A DNA stretch of 64,000 nucleotides from Candidatus Latescibacterota bacterium (GCA_965203805.1 OZ241917.1:2752001-2816000), one strand, 5' to 3'. Counted from the first letter of the stretch, positions 18,565 through 28,828 are shown. Made by a program: numbers and translations. Notes: a model not told the origin generated them from the letters alone.

Positions 18565-19827
18565 TCAGCCTTCCTCCTCCGACTCGGCCGCGGTGGCATC
18601 CCCGTATTCCGCGATCCACTTTTCGGCTTCTTCGTCGGTGTAGGCGCCAACGACCGCGCCACAGTGTTCCGGAAGTTCGTAGGACGTCGTCTTGCCGACG
18701 TGGGGCGTCAACTTCTCCCTTAAAGCGTTCGCGGTTTCGTGGTACATCCCGTCCACAATGGACTCCACCTCCTCCAGTGTCATGCCGCCACCGAAAATCG
18801 CCCCGCTCAGGTCGGTCTCTTCGCCGATAGACTGTGCGATTCGCTGCTCGAAGGAGTCGGGGTAATCCACGTGACTCCTTACGCCCTGGAACTGCGCCTC
18901 CGTGAGATCCGCGCCCTGCAGGTTCGCCCCGACAATGAAGGCGCCTTGCAGATGCGTGCGGGACAGTACGGCGCCGCGCAACGTCGAACGGGCAAGATCG
19001 GCCCCGTGGAGATTCGCCCGGGAAAGGCTCGCGGCATCGAGTCGCGCACCAACCAGGTCGGCGCCCTGCAGCCTCGCCCATGAGAGACCGGCGCTCTGCA
19101 GGTGCGCCCACGACAGGTCCGCGCCCTGGAGTTGCGCCCCAACCAGGTCCGCGCCCTGCAGCCTCGCCTCCGCGAGATTTGCGCCGCAAAGGTACGCGGC
19201 GCACAGCGTGGCGCCATTCAACCAGCTTCCCTGCAGGTCGATTTGAAGACCTTCGCAGAACCCGCGACGGGAGGCGAACAGCAGACTGAGCAGGCTCTGG
19301 ACCTCCACCGAAGGATTCGACCTGTGCGTTCTCCGATATGTGTCCTGTCCCGTGGTACGGCGTATATGCGAGCAGAGAATGTCCAGCACCGGCTGTCGCA
19401 GCGTTTCAGTATCCTCCGCAAGGTGGAAGAGTTCATAAGCGCCGCCCAGGCGAACGGCTACCGACTCGTGCCCCAGGTGTTCGACGCCGTTGTGCAGGCG
19501 TTCATGTCTCCGCCCCTGCTCCGCGTCGCGCCTTGCCAGCGCCACCTCCGTTGCGGCCCTGGCCTGCTCAGAAGCAGCCTCGGCCTGTGCCTTCGCGACC
19601 GCTTCCATTTCCCTGGCGCGCTTATAGGCCATAAGTGCGTTCAGCGCTACCAGGAGACCCGCGACGCCGATGCCGAAGAACTTAAGCGTTTCGGTTTTCG
19701 GGTATAGACCCAGAACCGCGGATATTTGCGTCCCCGCGTAAGGAATGAACAGGAGACACACGAGGGCGCCCAGCGCAAGGACGAGCAGGGCAATCAGGAT
19801 GTTCTGCAGGATCGTGAAGAGATTCAT
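18565..19827 (-). CDS. Membrane-anchored pentapeptide-repeat protein (tandem paralog)
   Basis: True start MNLFTILQ at 19827 after GGGAGG; same domains as 17280-18500, including the shared C-terminus GAYT..EA.KWIA.Y. Confidence 0.88.
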   Translation of the reverse strand: MNLFTILQNILIALLVLALGALVCLLFIPYAGTQISAVLGLYPKTETLKFFGIGVAGLLVALNALMAYKRAREMEAVAKAQAEAASEQARAATEVALARRDAEQGRRHERLHNGVEHLGHESVAVRLGGAYELFHLAEDTETLRQPVLDILCSHIRRTTGQDTYRRTHRSNPSVEVQSLLSLLFASRRGFCEGLQIDLQGSWLNGATLCAAYLCGANLAEARLQGADLVGAQLQGADLSWAHLQSAGLSWARLQGADLVGARLDAASLSRANLHGADLARSTLRGAVLSRTHLQGAFIVGANLQGADLTEAQFQGVRSHVDYPDSFEQRIAQSIGEETDLSGAIFGGGMTLEEVESIVDGMYHETANALREKLTPHVGKTTSYELPEHCGAVVGAYTDEEAEKWIAEYGDATAAESEEEG

Positions 19828-19990
19828 AGGGTCCTCCCGTTTAAATGGCGGTATTCGAAGGTGAGATCCGACCGTCTGCCTGCGCCCCCGATATGCGAGA
19901 ATTCGGAGCAGCATGGCGACCGGGTCGCGATGCTGGAAATATCCCGCCACATTCTCTCGTTGGCAAACAGAATCCGAGGTGCGCCGCGCT

Positions 19991-22522
19991 TCACGCCACC
20001 AGGTCGTCCCGGCCCAACTCGGCGGCCGGTGTACGGCTCGCGCGCATTGCCGGATAGAGACTTGCCAGCAAGGCCGCGCCCAGGATGGCCGACACCTGCT
20101 GAAGGACAGGTCCCCACGGCCAGTAAACCTGTATGGTCCATCCGAAATACGCCCGGTTGATCTCGAATACCAGAACGCCGGCCAGAAGGACGCCCCCCAC
20201 AAGCCCCAGCCCCAAACCCAGCAATCCGAATCCCAGACCCTGGCCCAGGAATATCCCGAAAACCTGCCTGCGCTTCGCGCCCACCGCGCGATACAACGCC
20301 AATTCGGTCATCTGCTCGCGCACGAGCACAAGCAGCATCAACATAATCCCGCATACGGCAATCAGCAGACTCATGCCCTGAAGAACGCGTGTGACCAGAA
20401 ACGTCTGGTCGAATATCCGGAACACCTCGTCTCTGAGCCGGCGATTGCTGCGAATCTGAAGCGGCGCCTCTGAAAAGCGGGCCTCAAGACCCTGGATGAC
20501 GGCATCTCCGTCCCAGCCTGATTTCAGATATAGCGCCGCTCCGTTGACCGGTCCCGGGCCGATGAAGGCCTCCAGGGTTGCCAGATCCATAACGACCGCG
20601 CCGCCGCCGGTATGGTAGTCGTAATACACGCCCGCCACGGAAAACCGGACCTCCCCTTCCGGCCCGGCAACCGCGATTTTGTCGCCGGTCCATATGTTGA
20701 CCCCCCGGGCCAGCGTTTCGCCGACGAGAACCGCTCCCTCCTCACGTACCCGCCGAAACGCTTCATCCACATGCCCATCCAGCAGCGGAAAACGCACCTC
20801 GCCCCCGGGGAGCGCCATGTCCACGCCCGCCATTCCGATCTGACGGTCGCCGGACCACGCCGGGAAACCGCGGAGGCGGTCCACCGCCGCCACGCCCGGA
20901 TGACTTGCCAGGGCCTCGACCAGTTCATCCTCCAGAATGCCCGCGGTGCCGCGTCCCCGCCACGACGCGGGCGAAATGTATACATCCGCCCGGATCGACG
21001 CGTTGACCCACACCTCCACGGTCCGGCGGAAACTCCCGATCATCAGCGTAATACCCACCAGCATGCTTACAGCAATGGCCAACGACGCCACTGCGAACGA
21101 CGCCGTGCGGATCCGGATGCTCAGCCCTCTCAGGCTGTAACCCGGCCCGAATCCCGTTACACGCACCCGTCCGCAAACCTGGCGGATGGCGAACGGCGCA
21201 CACAACGGCAGCCCGATCAGGAGCGCGACGCAGAGTACGAACCCCGCGTGTTTCCATTCCTTTCCCCATCCCGCGTACCAGAAACCCGCCGCCGCCAGAA
21301 TGCCCGCGCCCGCTGCAAAAAGACGGATCACCTGCGATTCCGTCCGCTCCTGAAGCGGAACCGCCGAAAGCAAAGCGCGGGGTTCCCGCCGGCTCATATC
21401 GAGCGCGGGGGCCAGGGCGCCCGCCAGGGCGCCGCCCATTCCGATCGCCGCACCCAACCCGTACAGCCATTGAGGCAGCGCCAGAGATGAAATCTCCTCC
21501 AGCAGGTACAGATTCGTTAGCGTCGCGCTCACTACCTCGAGGTTCGCACCGGCGGCCCAGTACCCCAGCGGCAGCCCAAGCAACACCCCCAGCGCTCCCA
21601 GTAGCGCCACCTCCCAAAGGATCAGCGCCAGGACCTGAGTCCTTGAGGCGCCCAGAGATCGCAGCAGCCCGAATTCCGTCCGGCGCCGTATCAGCCCCGC
21701 CTGCGTGCTGCTGTAAACGAGGAACAGCCCTGCAAACAGGCTGATAAGGCTCATCGCCGACAGGTTCAGCCGAAACGCCGAAAGCAGTCCTTCCGCCTGC
21801 TCCGAACGCTGCCCGGGCGTAACAACCCGCATCCCCGGGCCGAGGCGGTCCTGCAGCCGTCTCCGGACCCCTTCGGCGTCCGCGCCGTGAGCCGTACGCA
21901 CATCGATCTGATGGAGTTCGCCTCGCCGCCCCAGCAGCGCCTGCGCCTGCGCGATATCCATCACCACCAGCTTCCGGCTGGCCAGCGGGCTCAACTTCTG
22001 GAAGTCCACCATGGCCCCAACGCGCAGCCGCACCCGTCGAACACCGCTGTGGACTACGAACGTATCGCCCACGGCCCAGCCGAAACGCGCCGCAAGGACC
22101 GGCGTTACCGCACTCCATCCATCCCCCGCCAGCGCAGCCGAGATGTCGTCCGGGTCGCCGCGCCACGGGATCCGCATGGGCGTAAAGAAGTCGACTCCCA
22201 ACACCTCAAGATAGAACCTCTCCCGGTCCGCCAGCGCCACGTCCGCCCTATAGAGCGGCCATGCCGCCGCCACTCCCTCCACGGACAGCACCTCCGCATA
22301 CCGTTGCTCCGAAAACGCCGGCGTTCTTCCGAAGACGCTTATTTCGGCCTCCCCGCTGACGGCCCGCACCGTCCCCTCGAATGCGGCCAGTGCGTTGTAA
22401 TTCACTATCTGAATGGAGAGCACCGACGCAACGCCCAGCGCCACGCCGAAAACCGTCAGCAGATAAAGGCTGCCTCCCGAGCGAAGTTGCGCGCACAGCG
22501 AATTTGCAAAATATCGGACCAA
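19991..22522 (-). CDS. FtsX/MacB-like ABC permease (AttF/AttG-type duplicated permease)
   Basis: LTVFGVALGVA, RRTEFGLLRSLGASR, ELALYRAVGAKRRQV, INRAYFGWTI. Start chosen as TTG at 22522 (uncertain). Confidence 0.88.
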   Translation of the reverse strand: MVRYFANSLCAQLRSGGSLYLLTVFGVALGVASVLSIQIVNYNALAAFEGTVRAVSGEAEISVFGRTPAFSEQRYAEVLSVEGVAAAWPLYRADVALADRERFYLEVLGVDFFTPMRIPWRGDPDDISAALAGDGWSAVTPVLAARFGWAVGDTFVVHSGVRRVRLRVGAMVDFQKLSPLASRKLVVMDIAQAQALLGRRGELHQIDVRTAHGADAEGVRRRLQDRLGPGMRVVTPGQRSEQAEGLLSAFRLNLSAMSLISLFAGLFLVYSSTQAGLIRRRTEFGLLRSLGASRTQVLALILWEVALLGALGVLLGLPLGYWAAGANLEVVSATLTNLYLLEEISSLALPQWLYGLGAAIGMGGALAGALAPALDMSRREPRALLSAVPLQERTESQVIRLFAAGAGILAAAGFWYAGWGKEWKHAGFVLCVALLIGLPLCAPFAIRQVCGRVRVTGFGPGYSLRGLSIRIRTASFAVASLAIAVSMLVGITLMIGSFRRTVEVWVNASIRADVYISPASWRGRGTAGILEDELVEALASHPGVAAVDRLRGFPAWSGDRQIGMAGVDMALPGGEVRFPLLDGHVDEAFRRVREEGAVLVGETLARGVNIWTGDKIAVAGPEGEVRFSVAGVYYDYHTGGGAVVMDLATLEAFIGPGPVNGAALYLKSGWDGDAVIQGLEARFSEAPLQIRSNRRLRDEVFRIFDQTFLVTRVLQGMSLLIAVCGIMLMLLVLVREQMTELALYRAVGAKRRQVFGIFLGQGLGFGLLGLGLGLVGGVLLAGVLVFEINRAYFGWTIQVYWPWGPVLQQVSAILGAALLASLYPAMRASRTPAAELGRDDLVA

Positions 22523-22580
22523 TGGATCTGCCCTGATCTTCAGAAGAAGCACTGCAGCCCGATACGCGGCCGCGGGCGGG

Positions 22581-23291
22581 TCACGCGGAGGGGTGGGGCG
22601 GGAGACCCATCTTGCCGCTGTGCAGTTCCCATACGTCATCGGCCAGCGAGGCGAACTCCCGGCTGTGGGTCACGTAGACCAGCGTCGCGCCCTCCTTCTC
22701 AACCAGGTCCATCATCAGGTTCATCACCCGCCGCCCGTTTTCGTCGTCCAGATTGCCGGTCGGTTCATCTGCCAGCAACAGACCGGGCCGGCGCAACAGC
22801 GCCCTGCAGATGGCCACCCGCTGCTGTTCGCCGCCGGAGAGCTTCTGCACCGGGTCCTGCGCCCGATCCGCCAGTTCCACGCGATTCAGAAGCTCCCGGA
22901 CCCGCGGGCGGTACGTTCGCGGCTTCTCCCCGGCGATCATCGCGGGCAACGCGACGTTCTCGGCAACCGGCAGGTGCGGCATCAGATAGAAGAATTGAAA
23001 GATAAGGCCTACCTCGTCCCGTCTCACCATCGTTCGCGCTTCTTCAGACAATGCGCTCAGGTTCCGTTGTCGCACCCGCACCACCCCTTCGGTGGGGACG
23101 TCAATACCCGCCGCAAGGTGCAGCAAGGTGGATTTCCCGCTGCCGCTGCGCCCCACCACGGCCACCCTTCGGCCGGGCTCGACGTCGAAGGACACGTCCC
23201 GCAGCGCGTAACGCAGCCCGCTTCCCGCGTCGTATGCCCTGGAAACGCGCTCGAACGAGAGCGCGGGCGCCGTGTCAGTTTTAACCTTCAT
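22581..23291 (-). CDS. ABC transporter ATP-binding protein (LolD/AttE-like)
   Basis: GRSGSGKST, FQFFYL, LSGGEQQRVA, LLADEPTGNLD, VTHS. Confidence 0.92.
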   Translation of the reverse strand: MKVKTDTAPALSFERVSRAYDAGSGLRYALRDVSFDVEPGRRVAVVGRSGSGKSTLLHLAAGIDVPTEGVVRVRQRNLSALSEEARTMVRRDEVGLIFQFFYLMPHLPVAENVALPAMIAGEKPRTYRPRVRELLNRVELADRAQDPVQKLSGGEQQRVAICRALLRRPGLLLADEPTGNLDDENGRRVMNLMMDLVEKEGATLVYVTHSREFASLADDVWELHSGKMGLPPHPSA

Positions 23292-23437
23292 CAGGAACCA
23301 TACCGGGGAGAACGGGCGGAACCGGGCCGGAGATCCGGCTGGTGTTCGCCGTTGGATTGGGGTTGCGATCGGGGGGGTTTTCCCGTATGCTGTCTCGATA
23401 TCGACCGCGATACATGTCAACTTCAGGAGGCGTCCGG

Positions 23438-24496
23438 GTGTCTTCTCTTTTCAGAAAAAAAAACACCCTTACAGGCCTTGCGCGAACCTGCGGCTGAGCG
23501 GCCAAAGTCAGTCCGGTCGGACTGAAGCAACTTCTGGACCGCCTGCCTCAAAACGTCGATCCGAACCTGTTGGTGGGATTTCATACCAGCGACGACGCCG
23601 GTATCTACCGGATAGACGATGAGACGGCGCTCGTGCTCACGGCGGACTTTATCACGCCGCCGGTGGACGATCCGTACCTGTTCGGCCAGATCGGCGCGGC
23701 CAACGCACTCAGCGACGTCTACGCGATGGGCGGCCGGCCCGTCGCGTGCCTGAACCTCATCGGATTTCCATCCCGACGCCTGGGTCCGGAGGTGCTGGAG
23801 GGCATCGTCGAGGGGGCGCTGAGCAAGATCACGGAAGCCGGAGCCGTGCTGGCGGGCGGGCACACCACCGACGACGAAGAACCCAAATTCGGCCTTTCCG
23901 TAACCGGGGTCGTGCACCCCGATGAATATTGGCACAACGCCGGCGCCCGTCCGGGAGACCTGCTCATCCTGACCAAACCCGTTGGCAGCGGCGTTCTCTT
24001 CAATGCAAATCTCAAAGGATGGGTCTCGGATGCGGCGATGCGGGAATGCCTGGACACCACTGCCGCGCTCAACAGAACCGCGGCTGAGGTCATGGCCGGG
24101 TTCGACATTCACGCGGCCACCGACGTCACCGGCTTCGGACTGGCCGGCCACGCCCTGGAAATCGCCAGGGGCTCGGGCATCACCCTGGAGATCTCAACCG
24201 GCGACGTCCCCATCATGCCGGAGGCGTTCGAGATGTACGGGAGAGGCGTGGGCACGGGCGCCAACGCCGCCAACCGGGAACTCATCCGTGAAGCGGTACG
24301 TTTTGACGCGGCCGAGGCTGAACGTCACAGTGAGATATTTGTCGATCCCCAGACCAGCGGAGGTCTGCTGGTCTCGGTTCCCGCCGATCAGGCCCATGGC
24401 CTCCTGTCCGCCCTGAACGACGCGGGGGAGGCCGGCGCACGCGTCATCGGATCCGCCAGACCCCTGGACGGCGCCGCGCAGATCGTCTTTGCCTGA
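23438..24496 (+). CDS. selD: Selenide, water dikinase (selenophosphate synthetase), selenocysteine-containing
   Basis: GTG at 23438 after AGGAGG; reads ...LARTCG-TGA(23495-23497)-AAKVSP...LLVGFHTSDDAG, DFITP.VDDPY, GGHT, TDVTGFGL.GH, DPQTSGGLL. Confidence 0.95.
23508..23525 (+). promoter_or_regulatory. Bacterial SECIS hairpin
   Basis: TCAGTCC-GGTC-GGACTGA perfect 7-bp stem with a G-led loop, starting after a 10-nt spacer following the UGA. Confidence 0.82.
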
Positions 24497-24543
24497 TCGC
24501 CGTATCAGAAAACCGGACGAAGCGACCCGCCCCTGTAAGGCGC

Positions 24544-25563
24544 CTATCGCCCCACCGCGCTTTCCGCCACCCTCAGCCCGGAGCATTTCGCAAGGACCAG
24601 TTCTCCCACCCTGCCCACCGCCTGCTTCACCCCCCAGGTGGGCCGCGGCTGCCCGATCGGGGACAATTTAACCAGCACCCGGTTTCCGGGGCGCGCCAGA
24701 ACCAGAACGCCAAAGTGCTGGGAGAACGCGCCCTCCTTCACCATCGTCTCCACCAGGCAGTCCCGGTTCCGGTCCATGTACACGGCCACCAGCTTGATCA
24801 CCACGTTCACGCCGTGGTGATCCGTCTGCCACGAACAGGGCTCAAAACCCGCCGGCAACCGGGCGCGGTCGTACTTCCCTTCCAGCAACATATTCGGCAT
24901 CGTTCCGACCTTTTCAACGGGCTTCGGGAGCGTCGCGCGGGCATCTCGCCGCCAGACAAAATAACTGACGGGCACGCCGGCATCCAGGGCCTTCCGTTCG
25001 TATTTCGTGGGCTTCCGTCCCCGCAGCCCCGACACCGACGCGGACGGGAAGACGGATCGCAGAAGCGGCTGAGCTTCCAGCACCTCTGAAATCCAGGACG
25101 CGTATTCCCCGTGGTCCGTTGCCACGGTCACCTCGCCGCCCGGAGACAGACGTTCCGCCAGTGCCTTGGCGAATGCCGGCTGAATGAGGCGCCTGCCGTG
25201 ATGCCGCTCCTTCGGCCAGGGATCCGGGAAGTTGATATAGGCCTCTGCGACGCTATTCACCGGGAAGAGGCGTTCGAACGCAAAATCCGCCGCGCCGTGA
25301 ACCACGCGCACATTCTTCGGACGCCCCCGGTCCAATCGCCTGAACAACCTCTGAACGGATACCCATGACCGCTCGATCCCAACGAAATCCATCTCCGGAC
25401 ACGCAAGGGCCCGATCCACCAGAAACTCGCCGGTGCCGAAGCCGATCTCCACGACCAGCGGCCCCGAACGGCCGAAGATCGCCGCCCAATCCGGCGGCCA
25501 GTTCAACCTGGTCCAGGAGACCATATAATTCAGAATGGCTTCGCTAAGCGGGCTGACGGCCAT
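24544..25563 (-). CDS. trmB: tRNA (guanine-N7)-methyltransferase with C-terminal extension
   Basis: VEIGFGTGEFL, FVGIE, NFPDPWPKERHHGRRLI, ATDH, TKYERK. Confidence 0.9.
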   Translation of the reverse strand: MAVSPLSEAILNYMVSWTRLNWPPDWAAIFGRSGPLVVEIGFGTGEFLVDRALACPEMDFVGIERSWVSVQRLFRRLDRGRPKNVRVVHGAADFAFERLFPVNSVAEAYINFPDPWPKERHHGRRLIQPAFAKALAERLSPGGEVTVATDHGEYASWISEVLEAQPLLRSVFPSASVSGLRGRKPTKYERKALDAGVPVSYFVWRRDARATLPKPVEKVGTMPNMLLEGKYDRARLPAGFEPCSWQTDHHGVNVVIKLVAVYMDRNRDCLVETMVKEGAFSQHFGVLVLARPGNRVLVKLSPIGQPRPTWGVKQAVGRVGELVLAKCSGLRVAESAVGR

Positions 25564-25837
25564 AACACCGCTCCATGCGGGAGAATGCCTTTCTCGCAAT
25601 CATGGTTGAATTTAGTGGATAAGAGACCCCGAATCAAGGGGCGCGTTCTCCCGATCCCGACGCCGCGGAAAACCATTGACATCGGAATTCTCCCAATGCA
25701 TTTTTTGTACGGCACGAAGTTTCTGGATAGAAATTGAATAAAATCAACCAGATAAGAAATTCATCAAGCTTTACCGACGCCTGTCCTGCACGCAAACGCG
25801 GATTCCAGGGGTCAGGTTTTCCACAGGAGGCATTGCG

Positions 25838-26476
25838 ATGAACGTGTTGGTCCTTTCGGGAGCGAATCACGGGTTCGATCAGAGCGCCGGGCTGATACGG
25901 GGCTTTCTGGATTCACAGGCCGATATCTCGGTGGACTTGAGCGTGGACAAGGACCTGCTCGCGGGCGGGATGGACCTGTACGACGTCTGCGTGTTCGGGA
26001 CGGGTTTCACCCGCACGGTAAAGCGGGAGGACGGTTCGATCGCGCGTGAGCCGGACCTGACCCCCGCCCAGGAGGAAGGTCTCTTCGGATTCGTTGCGGG
26101 CGGCAAGGGCCTGGTTGGGATTCACGGATCGGGATGGTGGATCGGCGGACGCGCGGCGGATCTGCTCGGCGGGCATGCCAATTGGCACCCGCCCGGGTTG
26201 ACGTTCACCGTCCGGGTGGAAGACGAGGCCCACCCCGCGATGGAAGGTATTCAGGATTTCGAGGTGGACGACGAAATCTACATATCGGCGTATGAACCCC
26301 GGCTGCAAATCCTCGCGTCCGCCCAATGGCACGGCGGCACGTTTCCGGTTGTATGGGTGAAAACGTACGGATCGGGGCGGATCTTCTACACGGCGCTTGG
26401 CCACGGCCCCGGGACGTTCGCGAGGCCCCCGGTCCAGACGATGCTCTGCCAGGGCGTGCGCTGGGCCGCGGGCTGA
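25838..26476 (+). CDS. ThuA-like (glutamine amidotransferase-like fold) protein
   Basis: NH.F, FVAGGKGLVGIH, HPP, DEIY, W..TYGSGRIFYTALGH. Confidence 0.85.
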   Translation: MNVLVLSGANHGFDQSAGLIRGFLDSQADISVDLSVDKDLLAGGMDLYDVCVFGTGFTRTVKREDGSIAREPDLTPAQEEGLFGFVAGGKGLVGIHGSGWWIGGRAADLLGGHANWHPPGLTFTVRVEDEAHPAMEGIQDFEVDDEIYISAYEPRLQILASAQWHGGTFPVVWVKTYGSGRIFYTALGHGPGTFARPPVQTMLCQGVRWAAG

Positions 26477-26581
26477 ACGTCACGGACCGAAGGTCGCGCC
26501 AGGGGCGGCGTCGAAAACCGCTCACCGGATCCGTTTGCGTGGGGAACCTCAACGTTGGTTGGCAGGCAAGGAGGAATCGAA

Positions 26582-27367
26582 ATGCTGGAGTTGAATCTGT
26601 CGGGCAGAGTAGCGCTTGTGACGGGAGGCAGCGAGGGCATTGGAAAAGGGATCGCCCGCAAGTTGGCCGAGGAGGGGTGCAGGGTTGCCGTGTGCGCGCG
26701 GCGCCGGGACGTTCTCGCGGACGCGGCCCGGGCCATCAGGTTGGAATCCGGCGCCGAGGTGCTTGCGGTGCAGGCGGACGTGACGCAAGCGGCGGACCTG
26801 GAGCGGTTGGTGAACGCGGCGGTGTCCGAGTTCGGCGGTATCGATATTCTCGTGAATAACGCGGGCCGTTCGGAAGGCCATCACTTCGAGGATGCGGCCG
26901 AGTCCGTCTGGCTGTCGGACTTCGATCTGAAGTTCTGGGCGGCTGTTCGCAGTTCGAAACTCGCCGTTCCGCATATGAAGGCCCGCGGCGGGGGCAGCAT
27001 CGTGAATATCACTCATCCGGGAGGCAAGGCACCCGGACCGGGCTCCGTGCCCACGTCGGTGAGCCGGGCCGCCGGTATCGCTTTGACCAAAGCCATGTCC
27101 AAGGATCTGGCGCAATATCTGATCCGCGTGAACACGGTATGTCTGACGAACATCAGGTCCGCTCAGGCACAGCGGGCGTGGACGGCGTCCGGCAGCGACC
27201 TGGGATTCGATGCCTGGTGCAAAGAACTCGGAAAGGACGTCCCACTGGGCCGGATGGGCGAGCCCGGCGAGGTGGCCGATCTGGTCGCGTTTCTGGTGTC
27301 CGACCGGGGCGCCTTCATTACCGGCGCGGCGATCAATATCGACGGCGGATCGGGAGAGACGGTCTAG
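26582..27367 (+). CDS. Short-chain dehydrogenase/reductase
   Basis: VTGGSEGIG, DILVNNAG, PLGRMGEP.EVA, FITGAAINIDGG; the catalytic YxxxK is replaced by TSVSR. Confidence 0.9.
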   Translation: MLELNLSGRVALVTGGSEGIGKGIARKLAEEGCRVAVCARRRDVLADAARAIRLESGAEVLAVQADVTQAADLERLVNAAVSEFGGIDILVNNAGRSEGHHFEDAAESVWLSDFDLKFWAAVRSSKLAVPHMKARGGGSIVNITHPGGKAPGPGSVPTSVSRAAGIALTKAMSKDLAQYLIRVNTVCLTNIRSAQAQRAWTASGSDLGFDAWCKELGKDVPLGRMGEPGEVADLVAFLVSDRGAFITGAAINIDGGSGETV

Positions 27368-27372
27368 ACGAA

Positions 27373-28146
27373 TTATATGGACAACTGGTGCGCCCGCGTA
27401 AAGCAGCGACGCCGGACGACGTGCACGACGATCAAGGAACCGATGGCGGTGGCGGCGACAATCATCAGCATCACGATAATCTGATACTTGATCGCGGTCA
27501 TCGGATCCGAGCCGGCCAGAATCTGGCCGGTCATCATCCCGGGAAGGGAGACGAGACCAACGGTCATCAGGGCGTTGATGGAGGGAATCATGCCGGCTTT
27601 CACCACGTCGCGCAGGATGGTGGTCGTGGCTTCCTGGTAGGTGGCGCCGAGGCAGAGGGCGAGTTCGATCCGGGCTCTTTGTTTCCGCAAATCGGAGAAG
27701 AGGCGTTCCAGCGCAATGGTAACCGCGTTCATGGAATTGCCGACGATCATGCCGCCCAGGGGAATGAAGTACTGCGGCGTGTACCAGGGTTTGACCTGCA
27801 CGATTGCGGCGGTGACCAGGATGGACACGGTGGTGTAGCTGGCGACCATGGAAATGAAGGTGGGCACGAAGTAGGCCACCTCCTTTTCTTTCACCCGGCC
27901 GCGAATGGCGTGCGCGGCCCAGAAGACCATCCATACGAAGAGGATGAGAATCAGGTACGGGTTGTTGATCTGAAATATGTACTTGAGGACGTAGCCGACC
28001 AGGAAGAGTTGCGCGAAGGTGCGCACCGTGCCCCACGCGAGGTCCTTTTCCAGGTTCAGCCGGAAGATGACAGAGCCCGTGCCCGCGATCAGGACGAATA
28101 CGAGGCACAGCAGCAGTTGCAGCGGGGAGATCTCGATCAGGTTCAT
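27373..28146 (-). CDS. fetB: FetB/YbbM-family ABC permease
   Basis: RTFAQLFLVGYVL, QYFIPLGGMIVGNSMN, GLVSLPGMMTGQILAG.DP..A.KYQI. Confidence 0.88.
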   Translation of the reverse strand: MNLIEISPLQLLLCLVFVLIAGTGSVIFRLNLEKDLAWGTVRTFAQLFLVGYVLKYIFQINNPYLILILFVWMVFWAAHAIRGRVKEKEVAYFVPTFISMVASYTTVSILVTAAIVQVKPWYTPQYFIPLGGMIVGNSMNAVTIALERLFSDLRKQRARIELALCLGATYQEATTTILRDVVKAGMIPSINALMTVGLVSLPGMMTGQILAGSDPMTAIKYQIIVMLMIVAATAIGSLIVVHVVRRRCFTRAHQLSI

Positions 28147-28805
28147 CCGCAGACCTCCTGCAGACCGCCGTCGAGCCGGTAACGCCGGGCCCTGATGCGC
28201 TCCGGCCTGAAGTCCAGATGCGTGACCTTCACGATGCCGATATTCTGCTCCAGCGCGAGGCGTTCCAGCCAGGTCTCGACCACCGATTTGGACTCGGGGT
28301 CGAGGGCTGACGTGGGTTCGTCGCAAAGGAGAAAACGGGGTTCGGACAACAGCGTCCGGATGAGGGCAATACGTTGCTTCTGGCCCATTGAGAGGGTTTC
28401 CGCGTCGTCGTCGAGGTCCACGTCCTGGAGCAGAAAATCGTCCAGAAGGGTTCGAAGCATGTTTTCGTCCGGCAATCGCTTTTCGCGTGCGGCCCTGAAC
28501 GTGAACGACAGGGTCAGGTTGGAACGCACGGCGCCGCCGGCCATTTCAGGTGTCTGCTGCACGTATCCGACCGTTCGCCGCAGTTCGGTGACGTCGCGCC
28601 GCCTCACGGACCGGCCGTCCAGCAGGATCTCGCCGGAGGCCGGTTCCTGTAGCCGGCTGGGCAGTCTGAGGAAGCTGGATTTCCCGCTTCCCGACGGACC
28701 GTGAATGAGAACGAAGTCCCCGCTGTCAACGGTAAGGTTTACCCCCTCGAACAGCGGCTTTTTCGTGCCGTACCGGAGCGAAAGGTTTTTGATCTCAAGG
28801 CGCAT
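28143..28805 (-). CDS. fetA: FetA/YbbL-like ABC ATP-binding protein
   Basis: Starts MRLEIKNL; GPSGSGKSS, LSMGQKQR, DEPTSALD; ATGA overlap with fetB. Confidence 0.82.
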   Translation of the reverse strand: MRLEIKNLSLRYGTKKPLFEGVNLTVDSGDFVLIHGPSGSGKSSFLRLPSRLQEPASGEILLDGRSVRRRDVTELRRTVGYVQQTPEMAGGAVRSNLTLSFTFRAAREKRLPDENMLRTLLDDFLLQDVDLDDDAETLSMGQKQRIALIRTLLSEPRFLLCDEPTSALDPESKSVVETWLERLALEQNIGIVKVTHLDFRPERIRARRYRLDGGLQEVCG

Positions 28806-28828
28806 GGCTGCCTGATATTCGCGAGCGG

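Noticed and set aside
18547-22539. 13-bp direct repeat TCTGCCCTGATCT at 18547 and 22527 as att sites
   Set aside because: Matches of this length are expected by chance in 64 kb, there is no integrase, and it would bracket a core permease gene.
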